DNA from: Acutalibacteraceae bacterium
GTDB lineage: Bacteria > Bacillota > Clostridia > Oscillospirales > Acutalibacteraceae
Length of the DNA stretch: 64,000 bases
Assembly: GCA_045534165.1 (NCBI GenBank)
Contig: JAZSJD010000032.1
Coordinates: 2,942-66,941, forward strand
Direction of reading: 5' to 3'
Position numbers and translations under genes: made by a program. Under the pieces are notes generated by a model. It had not been told where the DNA came from, made no database searches, and worked only from the letters and a program-made list of their open reading frames with translations. Positions 52,819 to 62,460 of the stretch are shown here, in pieces (positions within the stretch are counted from its first letter, which is position 1; the number at the start of each line of letters is the position of its first letter).

Positions 52819-54126
52819 ATGACAGCAATGAAATTTTGGCAGGAAGAAATTGAAACAGCCTCTCGTGAACAAATCACGGCCTGGCAGAGTGAACGTCTTG
52901 TAAACACAGTAAAAAGAGTTTACGAAAAAGTTCCTTATTACAGAGCAAAAATGGATGAAGCAGGTGTAAAACCGGAAGATATCAGATCTGTTGAAGATTT
53001 AAATAAACTTCCATTTACCTGCAAACAGGATTTAAGAGACACATATCCTTATGGTCTTTTTGCTTGTGATATGGACGATGTTGTAAGAGTTCATGCATCA
53101 AGTGGTACAACAGGTAAACAGATTGTTGTTGGTTACACTAAAAATGACCTTGATGTATGGGATGATATATGTGCTCGTCAGCTTGTTGCAGCAGGTGCAG
53201 ATAAATCATCAAAAATCCACGTATCTTATGGTTACGGACTTTTCACAGGTGGCTTTGGTTTCCATGGCGGTACAACAAAACTTGGTGCAATGGCAATCCC
53301 TGTTTCAAGCGGTAACACAGCAAGGCAGATAACAATTCTTCAGGATTTCGGGTCAGAAGTTCTTTGCTGTACACCTTCATATGCAATGTATATTGCAGAA
53401 ACAATTGAGAAAATGGGCATTGACAAATCAACTCTTTCTCTCAAAGCAGGTATTTTCGGTGCAGAACCCTGGACTCAGGAAATGCGACTTCAGCTTGAAG
53501 AAAAGCTTAACATCAAGGCATATGATGTTTATGGACTTACAGAAATTATGGGTCCCGGCGTTGCTTATGAATGTGCAGAACAAACAGGTATGCACGTGAA
53601 TGAAGACCACTTCATCATTGAAGCTCTTGACCCGGATACAGGTTTACCTGTTCCTGACGGTGAACCCGGTGAAATTGTTTTCACTTGTATCACAAAGGAA
53701 GCTTTCCCCATTATCCGTTACAGAACAAGAGATATTGCTGTTCTTTCACATGAAAAATGTTCTTGTGGCAGAACATTCGTTAAAATGTCAAAACCCATGG
53801 GCAGAACAGACGATATGCTTATCATCAGAGGTGTTAACGTGTTCCCCTCACAGATTGAAACAGTTCTTCTCAATATGGGTTATGCACCTAACTATCAGAT
53901 TCTTGTTGACAGAGTCAACAACCTTGATACAATTCAGGTTCAGGTTGAAATGTCAGACAATATGTTCTCAGACACAGTTACAAAAATTTCAAAAGCAGAA
54001 CACGCGATTGAAGATGGTCTTAAGTCACTTCTCGGTGTTGCTGCTGATGTCAAACTTGTGGCACCTAACACAATTGCCCGTTCAGAAGGTAAGGCAAAAC
54101 GTGTTATTGATAACAGAAAGAAATAA
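52819..54126 (+). CDS. paaK: phenylacetate-CoA ligase family enzyme (second paralog)
   Basis: VHASSGTTGKQIVVGYT, YGLTE and RTDDMLIIRGVNVFPSQIE. It is colinear with 49179..50492. Confidence 0.82.
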   Translation: MTAMKFWQEEIETASREQITAWQSERLVNTVKRVYEKVPYYRAKMDEAGVKPEDIRSVEDLNKLPFTCKQDLRDTYPYGLFACDMDDVVRVHASSGTTGKQIVVGYTKNDLDVWDDICARQLVAAGADKSSKIHVSYGYGLFTGGFGFHGGTTKLGAMAIPVSSGNTARQITILQDFGSEVLCCTPSYAMYIAETIEKMGIDKSTLSLKAGIFGAEPWTQEMRLQLEEKLNIKAYDVYGLTEIMGPGVAYECAEQTGMHVNEDHFIIEALDPDTGLPVPDGEPGEIVFTCITKEAFPIIRYRTRDIAVLSHEKCSCGRTFVKMSKPMGRTDDMLIIRGVNVFPSQIETVLLNMGYAPNYQILVDRVNNLDTIQVQVEMSDNMFSDTVTKISKAEHAIEDGLKSLLGVAADVKLVAPNTIARSEGKAKRVIDNRKK

Positions 54127-54140
54127 AGGAGGCTATAACA

Positions 54141-54572
54141 ATGACTATTAATCAGTTGTCAATTTTTGTTGAAAACAAAGCAGGCGCACTTGGTGAAATT
54201 ACTCACATTTTAGCAAAGGAAAATATTGATATCCGAGCAATGTCAATTGCAGACACAAAGGATTTCGGTATTTTGCGTCTTATTGTAAGTGATGAAGAAA
54301 AAGCAAAGAAAGCACTTAAAGAAAACGACTGTATCGTGTCAATCACAGAGGTTGTGGGTATTGCTATCACAGATGAACCCGGCAGCCTTTCAAGAGTTAT
54401 GGAGCTTCTTTATAAAAACGGAATCAACGTTGAATATATGTATGCTTTCATAACAATTTCAAAGCAGTATGCTTATGTTGTTGTACGTGTTGAAGATAAC
54501 AGCAAGGCAATTGAAATTCTTAAAGCAAACGATGTTAAACTTGTAAGCAAAGACGATATTAAGAATCTTTAA
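54141..54572 (+). CDS. tandem ACT-domain protein
   Basis: 143 aa. LSIFVENKAGALGEITHILAKENIDIRAMSIAD plus a second ACT-like half. GGAGG RBS. Confidence 0.75.
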   Translation: MTINQLSIFVENKAGALGEITHILAKENIDIRAMSIADTKDFGILRLIVSDEEKAKKALKENDCIVSITEVVGIAITDEPGSLSRVMELLYKNGINVEYMYAFITISKQYAYVVVRVEDNSKAIEILKANDVKLVSKDDIKNL

Positions 54573-54580
54573 TTAAAAAG

Positions 54581-54610
54581 AAAACTTCGGCATACCCCTG
54601 CCGAAGTTTT
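54581..54610 (+). terminator. intrinsic terminator after the ACT gene
   Basis: AAAACTTCGGCA / TGCCGAAGTTTT 12-bp stem with a 6-nt loop and a terminal T-run. Confidence 0.8.
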
Positions 54611-54633
54611 CTTGCAACAGAGAGGAAAAAGTT

Positions 54634-56073
54634 ATGAAAAAGATAATTTCAGCATTTCTCGCAGTAATAATGGCTTTCACAATTTCAGTTTCTGTTTATG
54701 CAGAAAGTCTGAAAGATGACAGAATTCCCACAATTGTAGTTTCAGGCATGGATTTCGCAGGACTCCGTATTGATTTAGGTAAGGAAACAGAAAGAAATCT
54801 CCTTGGTGAAATTAATGCAGGAGAAATCATCTTAACTGTTGTTACAGGTCTTATAAAAACAATGGTTCTGATGGATGCAGAAGGTTTCACATCATCAATT
54901 TTTGATTATGCTTCACGCATTCTTGAGGGCTATTCATTTGATGAAAACGGTGAGTCTGTTTATGATGTATCACCTCATAATGAATATCCTCTTGCAGTAG
55001 AAAATTACGACAATCTTTATCATGCAGATGATGATTCATCAGCAGAAAAAGGTGTTGTAAAAACTTGTATTGAAGCTTTCGGAGGAGACAGAACATATTT
55101 TTATTATTATGATTGGCGTCTTGATCCCTTTGATAATGCAGATGACCTAAACGAACTTGCACAAACAGCAATGAAAGATGCAAATTCAGACAAAGTGAAT
55201 ATTATCTGTTGCAGTATGGGTGGCGTGGAAACACTTGCTTATATGACAAAATACGGTACAGATCAGATTAATTCATGTACATTCCTTTGCTCAACAGTTT
55301 ATGGTGCATACGTTGTAAGTGACGTTTTGCAAGGTAAAATTGAACTTACACCTACTTCAGCAATGAATTATCTTACATCTCTTGCAGGGGAAGACCTTGA
55401 ACCTCTTATGCTTATTCTCAGATATTCAGGTATCGGCCCTCTTGTAGGTATGCTTGCAGGACTTCTTGTTGATAACCTTAAAGAAGGTGCATTTAACGAG
55501 GTTCTTAAACCTAACTTTTCAACAATGCCTGTTCTTTGGGCACTTGTTCTTCCTGATGAATATGAAGCGGCAAAAGAACATTGCTTTGGTGGGGAAGAAG
55601 AAAAATATGCAAAAATTATTGAAAAAGCAGAACGACTTCAGGAAATGATGAGAAATCGTGACGCAATGCTTGATAAGGCTGTAAAAAATGGTATGAAAAT
55701 TGCTTTTGTTTCAAACTATAACACAGCTCTTGTTCCTGTTTACGAAAGAAGCACAACACAAGGTGACGGTGTTCTTGAAACAGCTCTTATGGCAGGAGGC
55801 GCAACTGTTTCAGATATAGGCAAAACTCTTGACGTGCAGGCAGGCAAATATGTATCAGCAGATAAAATCATTGATGCATCAACTTGCCTTTATCCTGATT
55901 ACACATGGTTTGTCAAAGATGCACCACACATTGCCTGTCGCTACGATTCAACATACAGCGATTTCATAACATATCTTGTAACAAGTGAAACCCAGCCTAC
56001 TATAATGACAAACAGACTTTATCCTCAGTTTATGTATGCTGATGAAGGACAGAATGTTTATGCACTTGTGTAA
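54634..56073 (+). CDS. secreted alpha/beta-hydrolase (lipase/LCAT-like)
   Basis: Signal peptide MKKIISAFLAVIMAFTISVSVYA|ES and nucleophile elbow ICCSMGG (G/A-x-S-x-G type). Confidence 0.6.
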   Translation: MKKIISAFLAVIMAFTISVSVYAESLKDDRIPTIVVSGMDFAGLRIDLGKETERNLLGEINAGEIILTVVTGLIKTMVLMDAEGFTSSIFDYASRILEGYSFDENGESVYDVSPHNEYPLAVENYDNLYHADDDSSAEKGVVKTCIEAFGGDRTYFYYYDWRLDPFDNADDLNELAQTAMKDANSDKVNIICCSMGGVETLAYMTKYGTDQINSCTFLCSTVYGAYVVSDVLQGKIELTPTSAMNYLTSLAGEDLEPLMLILRYSGIGPLVGMLAGLLVDNLKEGAFNEVLKPNFSTMPVLWALVLPDEYEAAKEHCFGGEEEKYAKIIEKAERLQEMMRNRDAMLDKAVKNGMKIAFVSNYNTALVPVYERSTTQGDGVLETALMAGGATVSDIGKTLDVQAGKYVSADKIIDASTCLYPDYTWFVKDAPHIACRYDSTYSDFITYLVTSETQPTIMTNRLYPQFMYADEGQNVYALV

Positions 56074-56077
56074 TTGG

Positions 56078-56908
56078 ATGAAAGACCTGGGAGATGAAAC
56101 ATCTTTAAAAGATTTGAATATTCCGGGCACTCACGACAGTTCAACAGAATTTTGTACATTGTCCCTTTTTTCAAGTTGTCAGAAAACTTCAATTGCCGAA
56201 CAGCTTGAAATGGGTGTAAGAGCGTTTGATATAAGAGTTAACGGAATGAACGTTGTTCATGCATTCTGTAAATGCAAAAAAAGTTTTCTCGGCAAGAATC
56301 TGTTGCTTTCAGATGTTTTGGAAAGTATGTTTTCTTTTCTTGAGAAGAATCCTACGGAAACTATTCTGATGCTTTATAAAATGGATGGGGGAAAAGACAG
56401 TAAAAAGTGTTTCTCTCTCCTTTATGAAAGTTTTATAAAAGAAAATCCGGATAAATGGTATCTTGAAAATAAAATACCGTCATTAGGTCAGGTCAGAGGC
56501 AAAATTGTTGTTTTGCGAAGAACTGATTCAGATAAAGAAAAATCAGGCATCAATTTCACTTTAATGCCTGACCAGGGTGGCACAGATTCAACCGATTCAG
56601 GCGAGTTTTCTCCTAATGGTGAAGATAGAATTACAGTTCAGGACAGGTACAATATCTTAAGAAAAAGAAAATGGTCAGGTGCAGTAAAACCGTTATTTGA
56701 GAATGAAAAAGATTTTAAAGAAACCTTTGTTCTCAACTATCTTTCAACCGCTGCTTTCCCTATAATTCCACGTTTCAATGCAGGGCATATAAATAAAAAA
56801 TTTCTTGCTTATCACCTTGAAAAATCAGGTCATTACGGAACACTTATGTTTGATTTTGTAATACCTGAACTGGCAGAAAAGTTAATAAAAACAAATAAAA
56901 ACCTGTAA
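56078..56908 (+). CDS. PI-PLC X-domain-containing phospholipase C-like protein
   Basis: LNIPGTHDSST and RAFDIRV match the catalytic His blocks of bacterial PI-PLC. The start is ambiguous (56036, 56060 or 56078). No signal peptide is evident. Confidence 0.65.
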   Translation: MKDLGDETSLKDLNIPGTHDSSTEFCTLSLFSSCQKTSIAEQLEMGVRAFDIRVNGMNVVHAFCKCKKSFLGKNLLLSDVLESMFSFLEKNPTETILMLYKMDGGKDSKKCFSLLYESFIKENPDKWYLENKIPSLGQVRGKIVVLRRTDSDKEKSGINFTLMPDQGGTDSTDSGEFSPNGEDRITVQDRYNILRKRKWSGAVKPLFENEKDFKETFVLNYLSTAAFPIIPRFNAGHINKKFLAYHLEKSGHYGTLMFDFVIPELAEKLIKTNKNL

Positions 56909-56927
56909 GCTCGGCTTACAGGTTTTT
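56897..56927. terminator. bidirectional terminator between convergent genes
   Basis: AAAAACCTGTAAGC / GCTTACAGGTTTTT 14-bp inverted repeat with a 3-nt loop. Confidence 0.85.
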
Positions 56928-56930
56928 GTG

Positions 56931-59402
56931 TTATCCGAAATATTTCTTCTGCTCTGATTGTGTCAGCTTGAATGTCTGGCAGAATGCGTTTTTGAAAAGT
57001 TCAGGTCGTGCAATAATGATATTTCTTAAAGTTTTACATTCTTTCTGCCATGTTTCATAGTTATAAGGTGAACCCCATTTTTTAGTGTGATATGGCATTT
57101 CTTCGCTTAACTGAGCTACAAGTTCATCATAAATTTCCAACATTCTTTCCGTTTGGAAAGTTGTCTTATAATGTTGTGAATTTATTTCAATAAGACGTTG
57201 TCTGAAATCTTTGTTTTTAATAAGTGCACACATAAGTTTTGTGCTGAACATTTTTCCCACACCGTGACCTCTCGGGTTAATATAGTTCTGCACCATATTA
57301 TTTTTATATGTTGTGGGGAACAGTGCCCAGTCCATGTCAAAAAGAACAAGTCGCCACTTTGCAGTATCCGTCTGCTCTTTATAATATTTTATGTTACCCG
57401 TGTCTGTGTTATTGAAGAAAGATTCAATCATCCAGAAAGAAATCAGGTTGTCAATATCAACGATTGAACAGATATAATCATAATTCTCTTTCTTTGTCAG
57501 ATCATGTGTAGAAACATAGTTAAGTAGTTTTTCGTAACTGTCAATATTTCCGTTTTTTACAGTTGTACTCCCTTTGATGAGATCAAGCTTTTCTCTGTCG
57601 ATACCTTCATGATTTGCGAAATAGTCCTCATCAATTTTTTCACGCAATTCATAAATTCCGTGGTATTCTCCGTTAAGGTAAACCACAACAGGTCTGTAAT
57701 CCATAAAGGCAATATCAACCTGGTTTTTAATTACCATTGCACAGAAAGCATCTCGTAAAAATGCACGTGAATTATCCTGACCTGAATTTCTCAGCACAAG
57801 TGCAGAAAAAACATTAACATCATTGCCTTCAAAGAAAGGGTAGCAGATTTCTTTAGGACCATATTTGTCTTTTAAATTTATGGATAAACTTTTCTGGTCA
57901 AGTGCTCTGCTGTATTGACCGAAAACTTTGATACCTGCATTGAAATTAAGCTGTGATATTCCGTTTTCATCAAAATATTGGAAGTTAACAGGTCTTTCCC
58001 ATTCCTGCCAGTAGTTTGCACTCTTATAGGGGAAAACATCACCCTCTTTGATGTTGGATGTAAGAATGCCTTTTTCTTCGCTGTAAAGGTCCTCCTTGTC
58101 AGCAGAAAGGAAAATCACCGGCATTGAATGTTTTCTGCCAACAATATAACTTGCAGTTGTGGTTTCAGAAGGTACATAACCATCTCTGAATGCTCTTGCA
58201 CGGATGGTGGAAGTTTTGTTTATTGTAAAAGGAGCTTTAAGTACAGGGGATTTCTCTGTGGGAACAGAACCGTCAAGAGTATACCTTATAACTGCATTTT
58301 CACTTTCAGCAGTAACTTTTGTTCCTTTTTCAACATAAGAGCTTTCTCTGTCGAAAACCGGTTGCTTAACAGGTGCTTTTAATGTTTCAGAGGGATTTGC
58401 TTTTGATGGTGTCATCTTTGCGAAATAAACCAAAGTTGAGTCCTTTTTTATATTTCTTCCGCAAGTGTAACCGTTTACAGTTGTACCGTATTCAACAGCG
58501 TCTACAATAAAATTATCCTTGTCAAGAACATATATTTCATCGCCGTATCTGTTAAGACCCATATCGATATATGTTTTCTTTGTTTCTTTGTCGTAAAAAT
58601 TTTCATTATCGCAATAAACTGTGTAATAACTTTTTGGTTTTATAACAGCCTTAGTGTTGATATTTATTGCTTTTGATAAATCAGAGCTGTCAGAAAGCCT
58701 GTAAGAAGAAAGACTTACAGGCTTGTCAGTAGGGTTGTAAAATTCAATGTAGTCGTAAGAAGTCTGGTGGTTCATACACATTTCAGAAATTACAATTTCT
58801 TTTTCTTTGCACATATCAGCAGAACCTATTTTTTCAAAACCTGCAATTGTGTTTTCTTTACCCGGTGTAGATTTAGGGAAGTAAAGGTATTTTCCGTCAG
58901 CTGAATATCCGTAAGAAAGGTTGGAAACAAGCTGGACCACATCACATTTTGCAACAACCTGTGTTGAATGATAAATACCTATTGAAGTGTCGTTGTCTGA
59001 AAGTGAGAAAGATGCGTGAAGATTTTCACCATCTTTATAAGTTTTTTCTTTATTTGAAAGATAAACTAAAAGGTAAGAATCTTTTTCTATGGTAACATCA
59101 GGGAAAATCCATTTGTCAGGTTTTTCTTCGTTATCAGAAAGAGTAAGACCTTTTAACGATACATCTTTTTTGCCATAGTTATATATTTCAACCCAACCTA
59201 CAAAATCACCATCTTCGTCAGAAAGTGTCTGTGTGTTTGATGTTGCATATTCATTTATTCTCAGGTTAAGGTCGTTGAAGTTTTCAGCCGGTACAGTGCC
59301 GTTTTCCTCAAAACCGGTAAGGGGAGTGCTTGTATCGCAGGCACACAAAACACAAATGAACATCAATATTAAAATTAAAACAGAAAAAATTCTTTTGAAC
59401 AT
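56931..59402 (-). CDS. CotH kinase-family lipoprotein with two lamin-tail (LTD) domains
   Basis: MFKRIFSVLILILMFICVLCA|C lipobox-like signal. LTD blocks INEYATSN...GWVEIYNYG and ISEMCMNH..YIEFYNPT. A chitobiase-C-like block (IRYTLDGSVPT). CotH core (RDAFCAMVIKN, VVVYLNGEYHGIYELREKIDEDYF). The start was moved to the Met at 59402. Confidence 0.78.
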   Translation of the reverse strand: MFKRIFSVLILILMFICVLCACDTSTPLTGFEENGTVPAENFNDLNLRINEYATSNTQTLSDEDGDFVGWVEIYNYGKKDVSLKGLTLSDNEEKPDKWIFPDVTIEKDSYLLVYLSNKEKTYKDGENLHASFSLSDNDTSIGIYHSTQVVAKCDVVQLVSNLSYGYSADGKYLYFPKSTPGKENTIAGFEKIGSADMCKEKEIVISEMCMNHQTSYDYIEFYNPTDKPVSLSSYRLSDSSDLSKAININTKAVIKPKSYYTVYCDNENFYDKETKKTYIDMGLNRYGDEIYVLDKDNFIVDAVEYGTTVNGYTCGRNIKKDSTLVYFAKMTPSKANPSETLKAPVKQPVFDRESSYVEKGTKVTAESENAVIRYTLDGSVPTEKSPVLKAPFTINKTSTIRARAFRDGYVPSETTTASYIVGRKHSMPVIFLSADKEDLYSEEKGILTSNIKEGDVFPYKSANYWQEWERPVNFQYFDENGISQLNFNAGIKVFGQYSRALDQKSLSINLKDKYGPKEICYPFFEGNDVNVFSALVLRNSGQDNSRAFLRDAFCAMVIKNQVDIAFMDYRPVVVYLNGEYHGIYELREKIDEDYFANHEGIDREKLDLIKGSTTVKNGNIDSYEKLLNYVSTHDLTKKENYDYICSIVDIDNLISFWMIESFFNNTDTGNIKYYKEQTDTAKWRLVLFDMDWALFPTTYKNNMVQNYINPRGHGVGKMFSTKLMCALIKNKDFRQRLIEINSQHYKTTFQTERMLEIYDELVAQLSEEMPYHTKKWGSPYNYETWQKECKTLRNIIIARPELFKNAFCQTFKLTQSEQKKYFG

Positions 59403-59483
59403 TATACTAACCTCTAAAAATATATTACTATACAATAATAACAAATTTGACAGATAATTTCAAGTAATTTTATTATACGACAA

Positions 59484-59540
59484 AAAACGAGTATTTTGAA
59501 GAAAAACAGAGCATTTTGGAGTAAAACAGAGTATTTAAAA
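59484..59540. repeat. three direct repeats, 19-20 bp period, in the cotH/potA divergent intergenic region
   Basis: AAAACGAGTATTTTGAAG (59484), AAAACAGAGCATTTTGGAG (59503) and AAAACAGAGTATTTAAAA (59523). Confidence 0.55.
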
Positions 59541-59590
59541 ATTTTGACCGAAAAAGACACGAATTTATGCGAATTTTTTGCAAAAAAGTG

Positions 59591-59619
59591 TTGACTTTTC
59601 AAGATTTTCGCATTATATT
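59591..59619 (+). promoter_or_regulatory. putative sigma-A promoter of the pot operon
   Basis: TTGACT (59591-59596), a 17-nt spacer, then TATATT (59614-59619). Confidence 0.5.
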
Positions 59620-59658
59620 ATATCTAACATAGTAGGCTATTTTAAGGGGGCTGTATAA

Positions 59659-60777
59659 TTGGAAACAGACATCATTATAGACCTTAAAAACATAGATGTA
59701 TCTTATGGTGAAGAAAAGGTACTCGATAATATCAATCTCTATATCAGAGATAAAGAATTCATAACATTACTTGGTCCTTCCGGATGCGGCAAAACCACTA
59801 CCTTAAGGGTAATTGCGGGTTTTACTCAGCCGGATTGCGGTGATGTTATTTTTAATGGTGAAAGAATCAACGATTTACCACCTTATAAAAGACAGGTTAA
59901 TACTATTTTTCAGAGATATGCTTTGTTCCCGCATCTCAACGTTTTTGAAAACATTGCTTTTGGTTTAAGGCTTAAAAAGAAATCAGATGCAGAAATTAAA
60001 GAACGTGTTGCTGAGATGCTTGAACTTGTAAACCTTAAAGGCTTTTCAAAGAGAAATATCAATGCTCTTTCAGGCGGTCAGCAGCAGCGTGTTGCTATTG
60101 CGAGAGCTTTGGCAAATGACCCCAAAGTTCTTCTTCTTGATGAACCGCTGGCGGCTCTTGACCTGAAACTCCGTAAAGATATGCAGGTTGAACTTAAGAA
60201 TATTCAGCAGAAATTAGGCATTACTTTCATTTTCGTAACTCACGACCAGGAAGAAGCACTTTCAATGTCTGATACTGTTGTTGTTATGGATAACGGTGTT
60301 ATCCAGCAGATCGGCACACCTCAGGATATTTATAATGAGCCCAAAAATGCTTTTGTTGCAGACTTCATCGGTGAAAGTAATATTCTTGATGGTGTAATGA
60401 AAGAAGATTTCCGTGCAACCTTTGCAGGTTATACATTCCAATGCCTTGATAAAGGTTTCGGAACAGGTGAGGCTGTTGACGTTGTTATCCGTCCTGAAGA
60501 TATTGTTGTAACAACTCCTGAAAACGGAATGATTTCAGGTACAGTAACATCAGTAACATTCAAAGGCGTTCATTATGAAATCATCGTTGATATCAGAGGT
60601 TTCAAATGGATGATTCAGTCAATCCACGAACAAAAAGTGGGCGATAAAATCGGTCTTATTATTGAGCCGGATTCAATCCATATTATGAAGAAATCTATCT
60701 ATTCAGGTAAATTCGGTGATTATAGTTCATTCAGTGATGAAATTGACCATTTGTCAGAGATAATAGAGGAAGAATAA
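59659..60777 (+). CDS. potA: spermidine/putrescine ABC transporter ATP-binding protein
   Basis: Walker [10 protein letters not shown], signature [15 protein letters not shown], Walker B LLLDEPL, and a C-terminal TOBE-like domain. TTG start with an AAGGGGG RBS. Confidence 0.88.
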   Translation: METDIIIDLKNIDVSYGEEKVLDNINLYIRDKEFITLLGPSGCGKTTTLRVIAGFTQPDCGDVIFNGERINDLPPYKRQVNTIFQRYALFPHLNVFENIAFGLRLKKKSDAEIKERVAEMLELVNLKGFSKRNINALSGGQQQRVAIARALANDPKVLLLDEPLAALDLKLRKDMQVELKNIQQKLGITFIFVTHDQEEALSMSDTVVVMDNGVIQQIGTPQDIYNEPKNAFVADFIGESNILDGVMKEDFRATFAGYTFQCLDKGFGTGEAVDVVIRPEDIVVTTPENGMISGTVTSVTFKGVHYEIIVDIRGFKWMIQSIHEQKVGDKIGLIIEPDSIHIMKKSIYSGKFGDYSSFSDEIDHLSEIIEEE

Positions 60778-60795
60778 TCGGGGAGGTTGATTTTT

Positions 60796-61629
60796 ATGAA
60801 AAAGAAAACCCTTTCCGCAAAGCTTCTGGCTTCTCCTCACATTGTATGGGCAGTATTGTTTATTGTTGCACCGCTTATTATGGTGGCATATTATGCATTC
60901 ACAAATCTTGATGGTGCATTTACATTTGACAATATTCTGGCATTAACGGATTATAAAGAGGTTTTCCTCAATTCAATATGGTATGGCATTGTGGCAACAC
61001 TTATCTGCCTTGTCATAGCATATCCCACAGCATATTTTATTGCAAATTCAAAGCTCAGAGTTCAGAACACAATGATAATGCTTGTTATGCTTCCTATGTG
61101 GACAAGTTTGTTAGTAAGAACATATTCAATTATGTCACTTATTGAAAACACAGGTATTATCAACACTTTGCTCGAAAAAATAGGCATTGGCCCATTGCAG
61201 ATGATTAACACACCCGGTGCCGTTATTTTAGGTATGGTTTATGACTTTTTACCTTTTATGATTCTGCCTATTTATTCTGTGCTTACAAAACTTGATAAAA
61301 ACCTTATTGAAGCAGCAAACGATTTAGGTGCAGGAAAAATTTCGGTTCTTTTCAAAGTTATTTTACCTCTCAGTAAATCAGGCATCCTTTCAGGCATTAC
61401 AATGGTTTTCGTACCGTCAGTAAGTACTTTCTATATTTCACAGAAATTAGGTGGCGGTAACTTTGCCCTTGTAGGTGAAGTTATTGAAGGTCAGTTTATG
61501 ACTGCGGGCAACTTCAATTTAGGTGCATCTTTGTCACTTGTTCTTATGGTTCTTATCCTTATTTGTATGGCAATAATGAACCGTTTCTCAGGTGATGAGG
61601 ATGAAAGCGGGGGAGGTATTGTACTGTGA
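60796..61629 (+). CDS. potB: spermidine/putrescine ABC transporter permease
   Basis: Six TM segments and an EAA-type loop (IEAANDLGAGKISVLFKVILPLS). GGGGAGG RBS before ATG 60796. Confidence 0.85.
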   Translation: MKKKTLSAKLLASPHIVWAVLFIVAPLIMVAYYAFTNLDGAFTFDNILALTDYKEVFLNSIWYGIVATLICLVIAYPTAYFIANSKLRVQNTMIMLVMLPMWTSLLVRTYSIMSLIENTGIINTLLEKIGIGPLQMINTPGAVILGMVYDFLPFMILPIYSVLTKLDKNLIEAANDLGAGKISVLFKVILPLSKSGILSGITMVFVPSVSTFYISQKLGGGNFALVGEVIEGQFMTAGNFNLGASLSLVLMVLILICMAIMNRFSGDEDESGGGIVL

Positions 61630-62438
61630 AAAGTAAAATGTCGATTCCTTCAAAACTGTGCCTTGCATTAGTTTATTTTTTCCTTTATGCTCCTATTATC
61701 GTGCTTATTGTTTTCTCTTTCAACGAGTCAAACAGCACATCAGTTTTCACAGGCTTTTCGCTCAAATGGTATGGTGAATTGTTCCGTGATACCGAAACAA
61801 TGGAAGCACTTAAAAACACACTTATAATTGCTGTTTTATCTTCTGTTGTTGCAACTGTGGTGGGTACAGCAGCGGCAATTGGTATTGATAAAATCAAAAG
61901 CAAATATGTCCGTTCAGCAATTAGTAACGTAACTAATGTTCCTATGATGAATCCTGATATTGTTACAGGTATTTCACTTATGCTCCTTTTCGTATTCGGA
62001 GCAAAACTTATGGGAATGAAAGATGCTTTCGGTTTTCACACTTTGCTGATAGCTCATATTACATTCAATTTGCCATATGTAATTTTGTCAGTTTTGCCCA
62101 AGCTTCATCAGATGGACCGCCATCTTTCAGAAGCAGCATTGGATTTAGGTTGCACACCAATGAAAGCTTTTTTCAAAGTTGTTGTGCCATCAATAATGCC
62201 GGGTATTTTAACAGGTTTTATTATGTCTTTCACCTTGTCGCTTGACGATTTTATCATCAGCTATTTCGTAAGTGGTCCTGTGTGGCAGACACTTCCCATA
62301 AGACTTTTCTCAATGACAAAGAAAAGAGTAAACCCTGATATGTATGCTCTTTCAACATTGATTTTCTTTGCAATTCTTGTTTTGCTTATGCTTATCAATT
62401 TCACTCAGGCAAGAGGAGAAAAGAAAAAACAAAAATAA
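61626..62438 (+). CDS. potC: spermidine/putrescine ABC transporter permease
   Basis: Six TM segments and an EAA loop (SEAALDLGCTPMKAFFKVVVPSI). 4-nt overlap with potB. Confidence 0.85.
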   Translation: MKSKMSIPSKLCLALVYFFLYAPIIVLIVFSFNESNSTSVFTGFSLKWYGELFRDTETMEALKNTLIIAVLSSVVATVVGTAAAIGIDKIKSKYVRSAISNVTNVPMMNPDIVTGISLMLLFVFGAKLMGMKDAFGFHTLLIAHITFNLPYVILSVLPKLHQMDRHLSEAALDLGCTPMKAFFKVVVPSIMPGILTGFIMSFTLSLDDFIISYFVSGPVWQTLPIRLFSMTKKRVNPDMYALSTLIFFAILVLLMLINFTQARGEKKKQK

Positions 62439-62460
62439 TTTCAAGAACAGGAGGGGTGAT

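Noticed and set aside
53600-54151. The 183-aa + strand ORF 53600..54151, and other sizeable overlapping ORFs (4512..5018, 43908..44429, 50430..50816, 15591..15968, 15259..15654, 63707..63979).
   Set aside because: Each lies out of frame or antisense within a well-supported conserved gene. They have no recognisable motifs and show biased composition typical of shadow ORFs.
59652-59659. A perfect extended -10 element, TGTATAAT, lies immediately at the potA start.
   Set aside because: It overlaps the TTG start codon and sits just after the RBS. A transcript starting downstream would lack the PotA N-terminus, so it is most likely coincidental.
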